DNA of 64,000 bases from Candidatus Woesearchaeota archaeon (GTDB taxonomy: Archaea; Nanobdellota; Nanobdellia; Woesearchaeales; J110). The translations under genes and the position numbers were made by a program. Of this stretch, positions 27,965 through 36,983 are shown piece after piece. Within the stretch, counting starts at the first letter, position 1. Every line of letters begins with the position of its first letter. The notes under the pieces were generated by a model. That model was given only the letters and a program-made list of their open reading frames with translations. It made no database searches and had not been told where the DNA came from. The stretch lies in contig RFJU01000131.1 in assembly GCA_003694805.1 (NCBI GenBank), positions 7,976 to 71,975 of the forward strand, written 5' to 3'.

Positions 27965-29020
27965 TTAGGGGAGGTGTTTGACGGTGATTCCTTTGAGTTC
28001 ATGACTTATTTTTTCCAAGGCTTTCTTCGTGACATCTCCAGTGGTGAGGTAGATGACAGGTAGCTTGCGGAGCTGGCCTTGGAGAAGTGCTGCTGAGAGG
28101 TCTCCTTCGTTGCTGCGTTTTTTATTTTTTGCTTTACAAAAAAATTCTTGTCTTCCTATCGTCGTTGGTATGGTGATGACGAGTTCAATGTCTGTGTTTT
28201 TTCTGATGATTTTTTGTTCTTTTATTTTGATTTTTTTCTCTTCGAAAAACTTCTTGATTTTTTTGTAGAATTTGTCGTTATAGTTGAATGTGTCCTTAGG
28301 CGTTATTGTTTGTTGTTCTTGCGTGGCTTGTTTTTCTGGGGCCCTGCGCGGTCTTTGTAGAGAAGGCGTGGGTGGTGGGGCTTTGGGGTGTAGCGTTTCT
28401 TGACGGGTTTGTTTGTTGTCTGGTGTGTTGGGGCTTGTTTTATGCTCGCTTGCGGGTGTTATCGCTGGAGGCGCTCGTTGATGTTCTGAATAGCGTGCAG
28501 GTTGGTTTTTCTGTTCGTGGAGCGTTGTGCTTCTGTGTTTTTGCTCGGGGCGCGGCGGGGCAGGGGCTGGCGTGTTTTTCTGATGTTTTTGTGCAAGGAG
28601 TGCTTGGATTTGGGCGTCGCTGGCGAGGTAGTATTTCCAGTAGAGTTCTTCTCCTTGGGAGGTCTTGACTATGAGGGGTTTTGCATAGTCCTTGATGGTT
28701 CTGAGCGACACTCGTTCGAGGGGTGTTTGTTCTTTGTCTTTGAGGAGCTTTGCTCGTTTGAGTTTTTCAAGTGTCTTCCTGTCCTTTTCGTTGAGGTAGG
28801 TTGCTAGGCTCTCCAGTCTTGGTTCTTGGCCGGGGAGGTAGTAGAAGGGGCTTGAGCCTATCTTGATGTTGGTTACTTTAACGGCTCCTGAAGCTGCTAG
28901 TTCTGAGAGGATGGCTCCGATGAAGGTCGTGTCTCCGCCGAGTTCTTTTTTTATGCGTGCGGGGTAGAGGGGGCCTTTTTGGCGCAGGAGGGTTGTGATG
29001 TTTTCTTTGGTGAGGAGCAT
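27965..29020 (-). CDS. Hypothetical protein: N-terminal winged-helix domain, P/Q-rich linker, C-terminal alpha/beta domain
   Basis: The wH region is LRQKGPLYPARIKKELGGDTTFIGAILSELAASGAVKV...SSPFYYLP. A ~110-aa low-complexity linker follows, then a C-terminal domain DIELVITIP...EFFCKAK of unknown fold. Confidence 0.5.
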   Translation of the reverse strand: MLLTKENITTLLRQKGPLYPARIKKELGGDTTFIGAILSELAASGAVKVTNIKIGSSPFYYLPGQEPRLESLATYLNEKDRKTLEKLKRAKLLKDKEQTPLERVSLRTIKDYAKPLIVKTSQGEELYWKYYLASDAQIQALLAQKHQKNTPAPAPPRPEQKHRSTTLHEQKNQPARYSEHQRAPPAITPASEHKTSPNTPDNKQTRQETLHPKAPPPTPSLQRPRRAPEKQATQEQQTITPKDTFNYNDKFYKKIKKFFEEKKIKIKEQKIIRKNTDIELVITIPTTIGRQEFFCKAKNKKRSNEGDLSAALLQGQLRKLPVIYLTTGDVTKKALEKISHELKGITVKHLP

Positions 29021-29079
29021 GGGCTGTCTTGTTTATTGTTTTTTGAGGGTTGGGTTGAGGCTGAGGCGGGGAGGGGGTG

Positions 29080-29706
29080 TTATGGGCGCATCCAGCGCAC
29101 TTCCCAGTAGCTTACATCTCCTTCGTCGTCGACGACGCCGAGCATGAGGCGTTTTTTGGTGCTGTGGGCTACGCGGTTTTTGGCGGCGAATTCGTGCCAG
29201 GTGAGGGTTTCTCCTTCGTGGACGGGGAAGACGACCCATCTGGCGTGGTCCTCGCCTGGCTTGACGCCGCGGTCGTAGATGCGAAAATCAGCGCCGAATT
29301 TGAGGGCGGTCTTGATGATGTAGCCTCTATTGCGAATGTCTTTGTAGACCATGTAGCGTACCCAAAAGTCGGGTTCTTCTTTGATGGCGCGTTTGAGGTA
29401 GCGTTCGGTGGTGAATGGTTGGTTTCTGCCATCGAGAATGATGAGTTTTCCTTTCTCGAGGAGGTAGAGTGCTTCAAGGAGGCTGAGTTGCACTTTTCCG
29501 TCTTCGAGGAGGGAGCCGAACCTGTTTTGGTGGTAGAGGTCTCTTGCGGCGTCTGAGTTCTCAGTGATGACTCTGTGAACGGCCCAGTGTGCCTTGGCAG
29601 GTTCTTTTTTCTTCGTGGTTTGTTTGCTTGTTTCTTTGTTTTCTTTTTTCTCGGAGGACTTGCTTGTTTTCTTCTTGGTTGTTGCTTTCTTTTTTGCTGC
29701 TGGCAT
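29080..29706 (-). CDS. endA: tRNA-splicing endonuclease EndA (alpha4-type length) with Lys-rich N-terminal tail
   Basis: Catalytic block FGADFRIYDRGVKPGEDHARW...AHSTKKRLMLGVVD supplies the Tyr/His/Lys triad. N-terminal helical domain LSLLEALYLLEKGKLII. The first ~35 residues are K/T/S-rich. Confidence 0.8.
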   Translation of the reverse strand: MPAAKKKATTKKKTSKSSEKKENKETSKQTTKKKEPAKAHWAVHRVITENSDAARDLYHQNRFGSLLEDGKVQLSLLEALYLLEKGKLIILDGRNQPFTTERYLKRAIKEEPDFWVRYMVYKDIRNRGYIIKTALKFGADFRIYDRGVKPGEDHARWVVFPVHEGETLTWHEFAAKNRVAHSTKKRLMLGVVDDEGDVSYWEVRWMRP

Positions 29707-29904
29707 GGGTTGATTGTGCTCTGATGATGTTTATATATCTATCTTGTGAGGGGGGTTGTCGTCCCCAACAACAATTTTTTTCCATATGGACGATAATTGG
29801 CTGTTTGGATTGGCGGTGCACTGATCTTGAGCGGCGCCGATTCGCCCAGCTCAAACAACGCAAACAAAGATAGTTTAAAAAACAGACAGTGTTTTTCTTG
29901 CTGT

Positions 29905-30801
29905 ATGGAGTTGCACATTTTAGGAACCTCAGGCATGGTGCCCACGAAAGAGCGAAACGTCCAAGGTCTTGCCCTCGTTTACAAGGGAGAAGTGCTTTTG
30001 TTTGATTGCGGAGAGGGAACCCAGCGGCAGATGAACATTGCCGGGCTGAACAGAACGAAGGTGCGCAAGATCTTGATATCTCATTGGCATGGCGATCACG
30101 TAGCGGGGCTTATTGGTTTGCTGCAAACTATTGGTAATAGCGACAACCCACAGCCCGTTTCGTTGTGGGGGCCTCCGGGGACGAAGAAGCACATGGATCA
30201 CTTGGTTCGATCGGTGATTTGGGATGTTAAAGTCGACCTTGCCGTGCATGAAATCAGGCCGCGCTGCGTGTCTGTCTTCTTTGAAAATGAAGACTATGCT
30301 CTTTCTTCTGCCCGTCTAGACCACAGCGCGCCATGTCTTGGCTTTCGTTTTGAAGAAAAAGCAAAGCGGCGTATGTTGCCTGAGAAGCTGAAAAAGGCGG
30401 GCGTGAGGGGTCGCTTGATTGGCGAATTGCAAAGGGGAAAATCGGTGAAGATTGGCGGCAAGGATGTTCATCCTGATGATGTTTCGCTTGTAAAAAAAGG
30501 CCGTTCCTTTGCCCTTGTTGCCGATACGCGTTTGTGCCAGTCTGCTGTTGACCTTGCAGGAGGAGCGGACGTGTTAGTGTGCGAGTCTAGTTTTGATTCG
30601 TCAATGCAGGACAAAGCTGATGAGCGCAAGCACTTAACGGTGAGAGACGCGTGTCAGATTGCGCAGATGAGCGGGGTGAAACGGTTGGTGCTCACGCATT
30701 TCAGTCAGCGGTATAAGTCGCTCAAGGCGTTGGAGGAGGAAGCAAAAACGTTGTTTCCGAACGTGGCGATGGCCCACGATTTTATGGTTGTTCGATTTTA
30801 A
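29905..30801 (+). CDS. rnz: Ribonuclease Z (tRNA 3' processing, metallo-beta-lactamase fold)
   Basis: MELHILGTSGMVP...ISHWHGDHVAGL (HxHxDH) and C-terminal His motifs. It is divergent from endA, and TATA-like 'agatagtttaaaaaac' lies upstream. Confidence 0.85.
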   Translation: MELHILGTSGMVPTKERNVQGLALVYKGEVLLFDCGEGTQRQMNIAGLNRTKVRKILISHWHGDHVAGLIGLLQTIGNSDNPQPVSLWGPPGTKKHMDHLVRSVIWDVKVDLAVHEIRPRCVSVFFENEDYALSSARLDHSAPCLGFRFEEKAKRRMLPEKLKKAGVRGRLIGELQRGKSVKIGGKDVHPDDVSLVKKGRSFALVADTRLCQSAVDLAGGADVLVCESSFDSSMQDKADERKHLTVRDACQIAQMSGVKRLVLTHFSQRYKSLKALEEEAKTLFPNVAMAHDFMVVRF

Positions 30802-30834
30802 GGGCTTGTGTAGGGGTGGTTGTTGCGTCCGATC

Positions 30835-31062
30835 TTAGTTGGTTTTCTGAGCGAGTTTTATGTCAGTTGCTCGCACGGTTTTCCTGCCAGCGTGTTTGGC
30901 TAGCTTAATTGCTTCCTCTCCGAGGACTTGCGAGTATTCTTCCAGAATGTCACGGAGTGCTGATTTCGCATCTTCTGAGACCCTGTAGGCTCCTGCGTTT
31001 TTGAGGAGTCGTTCCATCGCTGCGAGAGGAAGCAGGTGTCGTTTCGTCATGGTTTTTTTCAC
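30835..31062 (-). CDS. Archaeal histone (HMf-like histone fold)
   Basis: LPLAAMERLLKNAGAYRVSEDAKSALRDILEEYSQVLGEEAIKLAKHAGRKTVRATDIKLA. TATA 'cttaaataaatat' lies ~30 nt upstream. Confidence 0.85.
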   Translation of the reverse strand: MKKTMTKRHLLPLAAMERLLKNAGAYRVSEDAKSALRDILEEYSQVLGEEAIKLAKHAGRKTVRATDIKLAQKTN

Positions 31063-31351
31063 CTCTGCGTTTTAGCTCTTCTCATCTTTCTCGCTTAAAT
31101 AAATATCGGTTAATAACGATCAAGGTAACGTTAACCCCCAGGTCGCGTCTCAAGAAAAGTCTCACGACGCGGGGCGAGTATTGCAGTCAAGAAAGAACCG
31201 TTCTTCCCCTCTTTCTTCCCCTCCATTAATGCGGAGTGGATGATTGTTAACGAGAGGCAACAGGCGGTGCGGACGTGGCTCGACGTGACAAGGAAGGACT
31301 GGGGGGAACTAGAAGGAAGAGTTTTAAACAAGAAGGCGTTTTTCACGTCTC

Positions 31352-31753
31352 ATGTCGCAAAAGTCCAGAGGCATTGCCGCTGAGCGGGCGCTCATTCACG
31401 CCTTTAACAGTGCAGGGTGGGTTGCGTTTCGCGCCGCGGGTTCTGGATCGATACGGTATCCTTGTCCTGACATTATTGCAGGGAACAATATGCGTAAGCT
31501 CGCCATTGAAGTGAAGCGGACCACTGCGAAGGCACAGTATTTTTCAAAACAAGAAATTAAGGATTTGCAGTTTTTTAGTGAGCGGTTCGGAGCAGAAGCA
31601 TGGGTGGCGATTAAGTTTTTTCGCAAGGAGTGGGTTTTCTTAGTTCCTGCCGATCTAGAAGAGCGAGAGAAGTCGTTTGTTGCCTCTCAGCGCATTGCTT
31701 CTTTGAGAGGTTTGTCTTTTCGTGAACTGCTGGGTCAGGAGCAAGGGACGTGA
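31352..31753 (+). CDS. hjc: Holliday junction resolvase Hjc
   Basis: AERALIHAFNSAGWVAFRAAGSGS...PDIIAG...IEVKRT is PD-(D/E)xK with the Hjc-specific layout. TATA-like 'gttttaaac' lies ~25 nt upstream (leaderless). Confidence 0.8.
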   Translation: MSQKSRGIAAERALIHAFNSAGWVAFRAAGSGSIRYPCPDIIAGNNMRKLAIEVKRTTAKAQYFSKQEIKDLQFFSERFGAEAWVAIKFFRKEWVFLVPADLEEREKSFVASQRIASLRGLSFRELLGQEQGT

Positions 31754-31862
31754 GGTTCAGCTACGCAGAACGACAGCGTCGAGAAAAAAAGAAGCAGTTT
31801 GTTGAGAAAAAAAAGAACTTAAAAAAAAAGAAAAAGAATTTCTTGTGTCTTTCTCGCCCGTT

Positions 31863-32846
31863 TTATCTTGTGGCGTACCTGCCGCTTGCGAGGGCTTGCT
31901 GCCACCAGGCAAGAGCTTGCTGCTGGACTGCAGGGTCGTTCATATCAACAGGTCCCTGGCCAGGTACTGCGACACCACCAATAGTGCTCCCGTCGCCGCG
32001 AGGTTGTCGTGACGCTGGTTCTTGCTGGACGACGCCGACTTGGCCTCGCTGGTACATATCCCATAGCTGCTGCGCGTTCGGGCCGTACTGCGTCCCTGGC
32101 GGGAGGTCGCTAGATGGGGGCATCGTAGGCGGCAGCGAAGGGTTCGATACTGGGTTAGGCCCTACCGGTTGTGACCTCGGCTGGTTCCACGGCGTCGTGG
32201 ACCTCTGGTTGAGTCCTGGCAGGTTAGTGGATGGCGTGTTGCCGAACGTGTTGCTTCCGTATGCTGCTGCTGAAACCACGCCTCCTTGTTGAAGCGCCGG
32301 GAGGCCTCCCGCAAGTGCTCCGACGGTTCGGTAGCTGAGGCTGCCCTTGGCATCTTCAATGATGTTGATGCACGCCTGGCACGCTTCCGGACTGTACGCT
32401 CCTTGGCATGGGCTGATGTCGCGCAGTGTCCTGACGCAGCCAGCAAGCGCATTTGCCTCGAGGCCGTACGCGCTCGCGACGCAGCTGCGCATGTCCGGAT
32501 CCATTCCGCCAACGCAGAGGGTGTTGTACCTGCGCGGCCTGTTAAGCTTGCCAGGGTAGCAGAACTTTTGCCCTGTTTCTAGTGTGACACAGTCATCAGC
32601 GCATTGGGTGACGCCGTATTGCGCTAGGACGCTGCAGTCCCCTTCAATGATGCCTTGGTCGTTAACGGTGAAGCCAAGGCTGAAGAGTTGTTGAAGCAGG
32701 TTTCCTATGAATTGCCCGCCGGTTGTTTGACCGACTGCTCCTGCTCCGCCGCTCTGCCACCAGTTCTGTGCTGAGGCGACTGACGCTAACACAAGCACTG
32801 CCACGACGGCAACGCTTCCCATATACATTATTTTGTTTTTTTCCAT
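31863..32846 (-). CDS. Secreted Cys-containing protein, paralog 1 (hypothetical)
   Basis: Signal peptide MYMGSVAVVAVLVLASVASA and AAAGGAGGAG SD upstream. Conserved block LFSLGFTVNDQGIIEGDC...C...C shared with the next gene. P/Q/N-rich C-terminus. Confidence 0.5.
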   Translation of the reverse strand: MEKNKIMYMGSVAVVAVLVLASVASAQNWWQSGGAGAVGQTTGGQFIGNLLQQLFSLGFTVNDQGIIEGDCSVLAQYGVTQCADDCVTLETGQKFCYPGKLNRPRRYNTLCVGGMDPDMRSCVASAYGLEANALAGCVRTLRDISPCQGAYSPEACQACINIIEDAKGSLSYRTVGALAGGLPALQQGGVVSAAAYGSNTFGNTPSTNLPGLNQRSTTPWNQPRSQPVGPNPVSNPSLPPTMPPSSDLPPGTQYGPNAQQLWDMYQRGQVGVVQQEPASRQPRGDGSTIGGVAVPGQGPVDMNDPAVQQQALAWWQQALASGRYATR

Positions 32847-32940
32847 TTTTCTTTTCACTCCTCCTTTGTCCTTTGTTGTGTTTGTTTTCTGTTATTGCTG
32901 TGTGTTTGCTCAAGCGTGCGTTGTGTTTCCCTTGCTGTTC

Positions 32941-33495
32941 TTACTTTACTGGTTGAAAGCTCGGGTTGGACAAGAGCTGCGAGCCGATAGCCGCCGCACA
33001 GTCCGCGCATCCCTGTGGTGTTGCAACGTTGTAGGACGCACACACGTTCGGGTCTACAACCGTGTTAACGCAAAAGTTTGCGTTGGAAGGGATGGGCAGC
33101 CCGAGCTGGCTGGTGACGCAGTTCTTTGTTTCCTGAGGAAGATTGAGCCAGCAGATTTTGTTGTACACTCTCGGCTGGTTGAACCCGCCAAAGCGGACCG
33201 TTTTTCCGCCTGGGAGTACCGCTGTTTGAGAAGAGGGGTCGCACGTGACGGGTCCGCCTGCAAGCTCTGTTATTTTGGGGTTGTCACAGTCCCCGACAAG
33301 GTTGCCATTTTCGTCAATGGTGAATCCTAGCTGTGCGAGGAGCGGCAAGATATTTGCCGGGCCTGGCGCTTGCACTGTTTGGAAGTCGAAGGCTTTTCCT
33401 GATGTGTTGGCTTGAATTGCTAAGACTAAAACAACGATGGCCACGACGGCCACAATTCCCACGATGTAGAGGGGGGTTTGTTCTTTTATGTTCAT
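32941..33495 (-). CDS. Secreted/anchored Cys-containing protein, paralog 2 (hypothetical)
   Basis: AGGAGGTGA SD 6 nt before ATG 33495. N-terminal TM IVGIVAVVAIVVLVLA, with LAQLGFTIDENGNLVGDCD...C...C aligning with paralog 1. Confidence 0.5.
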   Translation of the reverse strand: MNIKEQTPLYIVGIVAVVAIVVLVLAIQANTSGKAFDFQTVQAPGPANILPLLAQLGFTIDENGNLVGDCDNPKITELAGGPVTCDPSSQTAVLPGGKTVRFGGFNQPRVYNKICWLNLPQETKNCVTSQLGLPIPSNANFCVNTVVDPNVCASYNVATPQGCADCAAAIGSQLLSNPSFQPVK

Positions 33496-33761
33496 GCTGT
33501 CACCTCCTGTCAGCATAGGCTATTGGCAAAGGCGTGTTTTGCATAGCAGTATGCTTGCATGGTTTTGGTCGCTTCCTGGAATTTTGTTTTTATAAGTCTT
33601 TTGTTTTTTCTCCTTCGTTTTCCGCAGAAAACAAGCAGAGATGAAATCACTTCTGAGTGGTTATTGTTGGCGTGTTGGTTGTTGGTGTGTTCTTCGTGCG
33701 TTCCCTTTCTTGTTCTCTTGCCGTGTTTCTTGCTCGTTTTGGGTGTTGCTGGGAGCCAGGG

Positions 33762-34439
33762 TCATAACGTCATAGTGTGCACTGGCGTTTTGTTGGTGCG
33801 GCCTTGTTGTTCTTGATGATGAGCAATGTCTGCTGGATTGAAGACGAAACAGTGCTGTTCATCAAAATAGCCGCAGCGAATGAGATTGAGAGGGATGTTT
33901 GTTCGCCTGCTGAGCATGCGTGCGTAAAAGAGGGTTTGCGTTGTTGCGTAGCGTTCTTTCTCTGCTCGTGGCTTGTAGTCCCATACCCAGATGATGCCGT
34001 TTTCTATTGAGAGTACGTCGATGTGACCTGAAAGCGGGCCTGATTCCTCGCCAGTTTTTTGAAGGCGGGCGAGAAAGGAATCCTCGTGAGGATCCAGCCA
34101 AACAGGGACTTCAATGCCAACGGTGCTTGCATCGTGTTGAAGAAGAAACATTTGAACGTTGCTGTGTGCAGTGTTGTACTCGTTCCTTGCAAGGCCTTCC
34201 TTTGCAAGCGTGCAGATGGGGTGGTGCGGTAGCGGTGTTGGGGAGATGCCTAGCGGGAACTTGAATTTGCTGCTTCTAGGGCCTGTGAGGAATTTTTCGT
34301 CGGGGCAGTGGCGGAACATGCCTTCGAGGTACTCGTAGAGGGGTTGAAAAAGAGGAGGTGCGCAGAGGGCTCTTGCCTTTTCTACGTGGATGCGATAGTG
34401 GTACCACCACCCGTGCCGCAAACTGAGATGCTTAATCAC
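33762..34439 (-). CDS. Cas4/RecB-family PD-(D/E)xK nuclease (stand-alone)
   Basis: Motif II GHIDVLSIE, motif III WVWDYK (hhDYK), and a QhxxY motif TQTLFYARM. Five Cys present, including C-x7-C after QhxxY. Confidence 0.55.
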   Translation of the reverse strand: MIKHLSLRHGWWYHYRIHVEKARALCAPPLFQPLYEYLEGMFRHCPDEKFLTGPRSSKFKFPLGISPTPLPHHPICTLAKEGLARNEYNTAHSNVQMFLLQHDASTVGIEVPVWLDPHEDSFLARLQKTGEESGPLSGHIDVLSIENGIIWVWDYKPRAEKERYATTQTLFYARMLSRRTNIPLNLIRCGYFDEQHCFVFNPADIAHHQEQQGRTNKTPVHTMTL

Positions 34440-34579
34440 TGAGATGCGTAATCTGTTAATCTGTAGTGGTTGCGGAATTGCCGTTGGTTGTCAATGTGCT
34501 TTTTCTCTTCTGGGGGGTGCCGCCGCGTCTTGGGGGCGAGTTGCACGAGCTGCGAGGAACGCCGAGGAACGCCGCCCGC

Positions 34580-34849
34580 CTATTTTCTTCTTTTGGATTT
34601 TTTTCTGGCGGCTCTTCTCCTCACGAGTGCTTCTTCAAGCTTTCTTTCTTCAGCTTCTATTTCTTTTTCTTCGCGAAGAATTTTCTTTTCGTCGTTTGCG
34701 ATGGAGAGTGTCATGAGTTCAATGTGTCTGTCTATGCGAGCGATACGGCGCTCCATGCGCACGAGGACGCGTAGACTGTACACGATTGCTGCAAGCGTGC
34801 CTATTATTACTGCTAAGATGACATTCTCTATCGCCATAGTTGCTACCAT
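34580..34849 (-). CDS. Small membrane-anchored coiled-coil protein (hypothetical)
   Basis: N-terminal TM ENVILAVIIGTLAAIVY, then an R/E-rich helix. Confidence 0.4.
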   Translation of the reverse strand: MVATMAIENVILAVIIGTLAAIVYSLRVLVRMERRIARIDRHIELMTLSIANDEKKILREEKEIEAEERKLEEALVRRRAARKKSKRRK

Positions 34850-35081
34850 AAACGTCCCACCTCTACCGTTATTTTGTTGTGTCGCGAACTTGCGCTATGC
34901 TGACACGCTTACCTTCACACTGGTTATTTAAATAGGTTTCGATGTTGCCTCTGACCGTGTTCGGTACACTCGCAAGGCTGGGATGAAAGGCAGGAGAGTG
35001 GCTGACAAAAGGAGCAATGGAGAACCAAATCAGAAACATTTATATAGCTCTTGAGGAGTTGTAAACGGTGGTGATGGTACT

Positions 35082-35345
35082 ATGTTGAAGATGAAGCGAA
35101 TTACAGAGTGCTTTGACATGAAAGTGTTCACTGATACGGGAGACTACTTTGGCGACGTTGAGGAGTCCATCCTTGCTGAAACCAAGGTGTTTGGGTGGCG
35201 TGTAAAAGCGACGCGGAATTCATACTTGAATAAAGTGCTTGGTAGTGCGAAAGGAGTCATTGTCCCTCACCAGTTAGTTAAGGCAATTGGAGACATCATG
35301 ATTATCTCGAAGTCTGCCGTGCCGAATTATGAGGGCGCCGAGTAA
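35082..35345 (+). CDS. PRC-barrel domain protein
   Basis: MKVFTDTGDYFGDVEE...GWRVKATR...VIVPHQLVKAIGDIMIIS is typical of an archaeal PRC barrel. Confidence 0.6.
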   Translation: MLKMKRITECFDMKVFTDTGDYFGDVEESILAETKVFGWRVKATRNSYLNKVLGSAKGVIVPHQLVKAIGDIMIISKSAVPNYEGAE

Positions 35346-35483
35346 GCTCCCGTGGCCACATTCGTTTATTTACGCACTGCAGCGTGTGGAGCCGCTTTGG
35401 TGGTAGGCACGCGGGTTGTTTGCAAGCAGGGTTGACGTCTTCAAAGGGGAAGGGATTTAAAGAGTCTTTTCTTTGTTTCTCGT

Positions 35484-36983
35484 ATGGCTAACGCTTGGCA
35501 GAGAGCATGGTGGCTTGTCTGGGCTGTGTTTTGCATTTCGCTGGCTCTTCGGCTCTGGATTGCGCTGCAAGCAGACGGTTTTTCCTTTGACGCATACGAG
35601 ACCTTAACGAAGGCGGCGAGTATTCGAGATCATGGTCTTCCTCCTTTGTACGACGAGCTCGGGTGGGGAGGAAGGAGTGTTGTGGGGTCTCCGCTTTTTG
35701 CTTTTATAATCGCGCTGGGAGGGTTGTTTCTTCCCTTAGGGATCGCTGCAAAAATCACTGCCCACACGTTTGTTGCCTTGTGCATTCCCTTGTCTTTTTT
35801 TGCTGCTCGAACGCTGACGAGAAACTTGCGAGCGTCCGTTTTGGCCGCGGTGTTCGCAGCATTCCTCCCTTCGCTCTTCTTTGACGTTGCCAACTCCCTC
35901 TCCGCGCTCTGTTTACTCTTGCCACTTGTTTTGCTTTGGTTAGCGCTCCTTCCGAACACGAAGTCCAAACCGTTGCCTTCTTTGCTCGTAGGCCTGGTTG
36001 CTATGCTCACGCATCCTTTGAGCTTCCTCGTCTTGCTCGGGATCTTGCTCGGGTTGTTCTTGAAAACGCTCGAGCACAAAAAAGTGGAGCGTTGGGAGTG
36101 GGAGGTTTTGACGCTTTGGGGGTTTGGTGGCTTGTGGTTTCACTTGCTCGTGTACAAGAATGCGCTGCTTTTGCACGGATTTGCTGCGCTTTGGAAAAAC
36201 ATACCGGGGAGGTTCCTTTGGCAAGAATTCTCTTCCTTCTCCCTTCCTCTCGCCGTACACGCAGTTGGTATCATTCCCCTTTTTTATGGCGTGTTTGCCG
36301 TTTTCCACATACTGCACACCCGTCGCGAATCAAAACTCTTTCCTGCGGTAGGGATTTTTCTCGTTGTGCTGGTCGCCTTATTTTTGCAAATGGTTAGTGC
36401 ACGGGAGGGTTTGGCGTTGCTGGGTGTGACGGTTGTTCTCTTGAGTAGCCAAGGAATGAAGTGGTTTTCTGTTTATGTGAGGAAGGTGCAGATTCGTCAG
36501 GTAGGAAGCTGGGAAGCGTTCTCGACAATCGGCATTCTCGTTGCGTTTCTTCTCTCTTCCGGTGTTCCGAGCGTTGTTGCTGCTGCGACTGCAAAGGATG
36601 TTCCTTCACGTGCTTTACTAGAAGCTGTCGAGTGGATTGGTGCTTCAGCGCCGCAGGACGCGGTGATACTTGCTCTGCCCGAGGAGGGTTTTTTGATTAA
36701 GTATCTCGCCCGCAGGGGTGTTGCTGTTGACCAATCCTTCATGCTCGTGAAAAATCCTGAAAAACGGCTTGGAGAAGTTGAAGATGTGTTTTCTGCCGTT
36801 TCGCTCGTTGAAGCGTTGGATTCGTTGGAAAAGCTTGGTGCTACGTACGTTGTGGTTTCTGATGTTGCAAAGCGCAGGTTCGGTATTGAAGGCTTGCGTT
36901 ACGCAGATGATCACTGTCTTCCCCTCGTCTTTGATAACGGGGTTAAGGTATACCACGTACGATGTAGGGTGGTGGCGTCATGA
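35484..36983 (+). CDS. GT-C fold polytopic membrane glycosyltransferase-like protein (first of tandem paralogs)
   Basis: About 12 TM segments with an extracytoplasmic C-terminal domain and a first-loop acidic motif SFDAYETL. Confidence 0.5.
   Translation: MANAWQRAWWLVWAVFCISLALRLWIALQADGFSFDAYETLTKAASIRDHGLPPLYDELGWGGRSVVGSPLFAFIIALGGLFLPLGIAAKITAHTFVALCIPLSFFAARTLTRNLRASVLAAVFAAFLPSLFFDVANSLSALCLLLPLVLLWLALLPNTKSKPLPSLLVGLVAMLTHPLSFLVLLGILLGLFLKTLEHKKVERWEWEVLTLWGFGGLWFHLLVYKNALLLHGFAALWKNIPGRFLWQEFSSFSLPLAVHAVGIIPLFYGVFAVFHILHTRRESKLFPAVGIFLVVLVALFLQMVSAREGLALLGVTVVLLSSQGMKWFSVYVRKVQIRQVGSWEAFSTIGILVAFLLSSGVPSVVAAATAKDVPSRALLEAVEWIGASAPQDAVILALPEEGFLIKYLARRGVAVDQSFMLVKNPEKRLGEVEDVFSAVSLVEALDSLEKLGATYVVVSDVAKRRFGIEGLRYADDHCLPLVFDNGVKVYHVRCRVVAS

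Noticed and set aside
29077-29556. Plus-strand ORF antisense to endA, and many other 60-130-aa ORFs antisense to confident genes (e.g. 12981..13373, 18571..19578, 28053..28807, 60053..61108, 61601..62191)
   Set aside because: The genome is GC-rich enough to produce long antisense frames. These ORFs have no motifs and lie on the strand opposite recognisable proteins.
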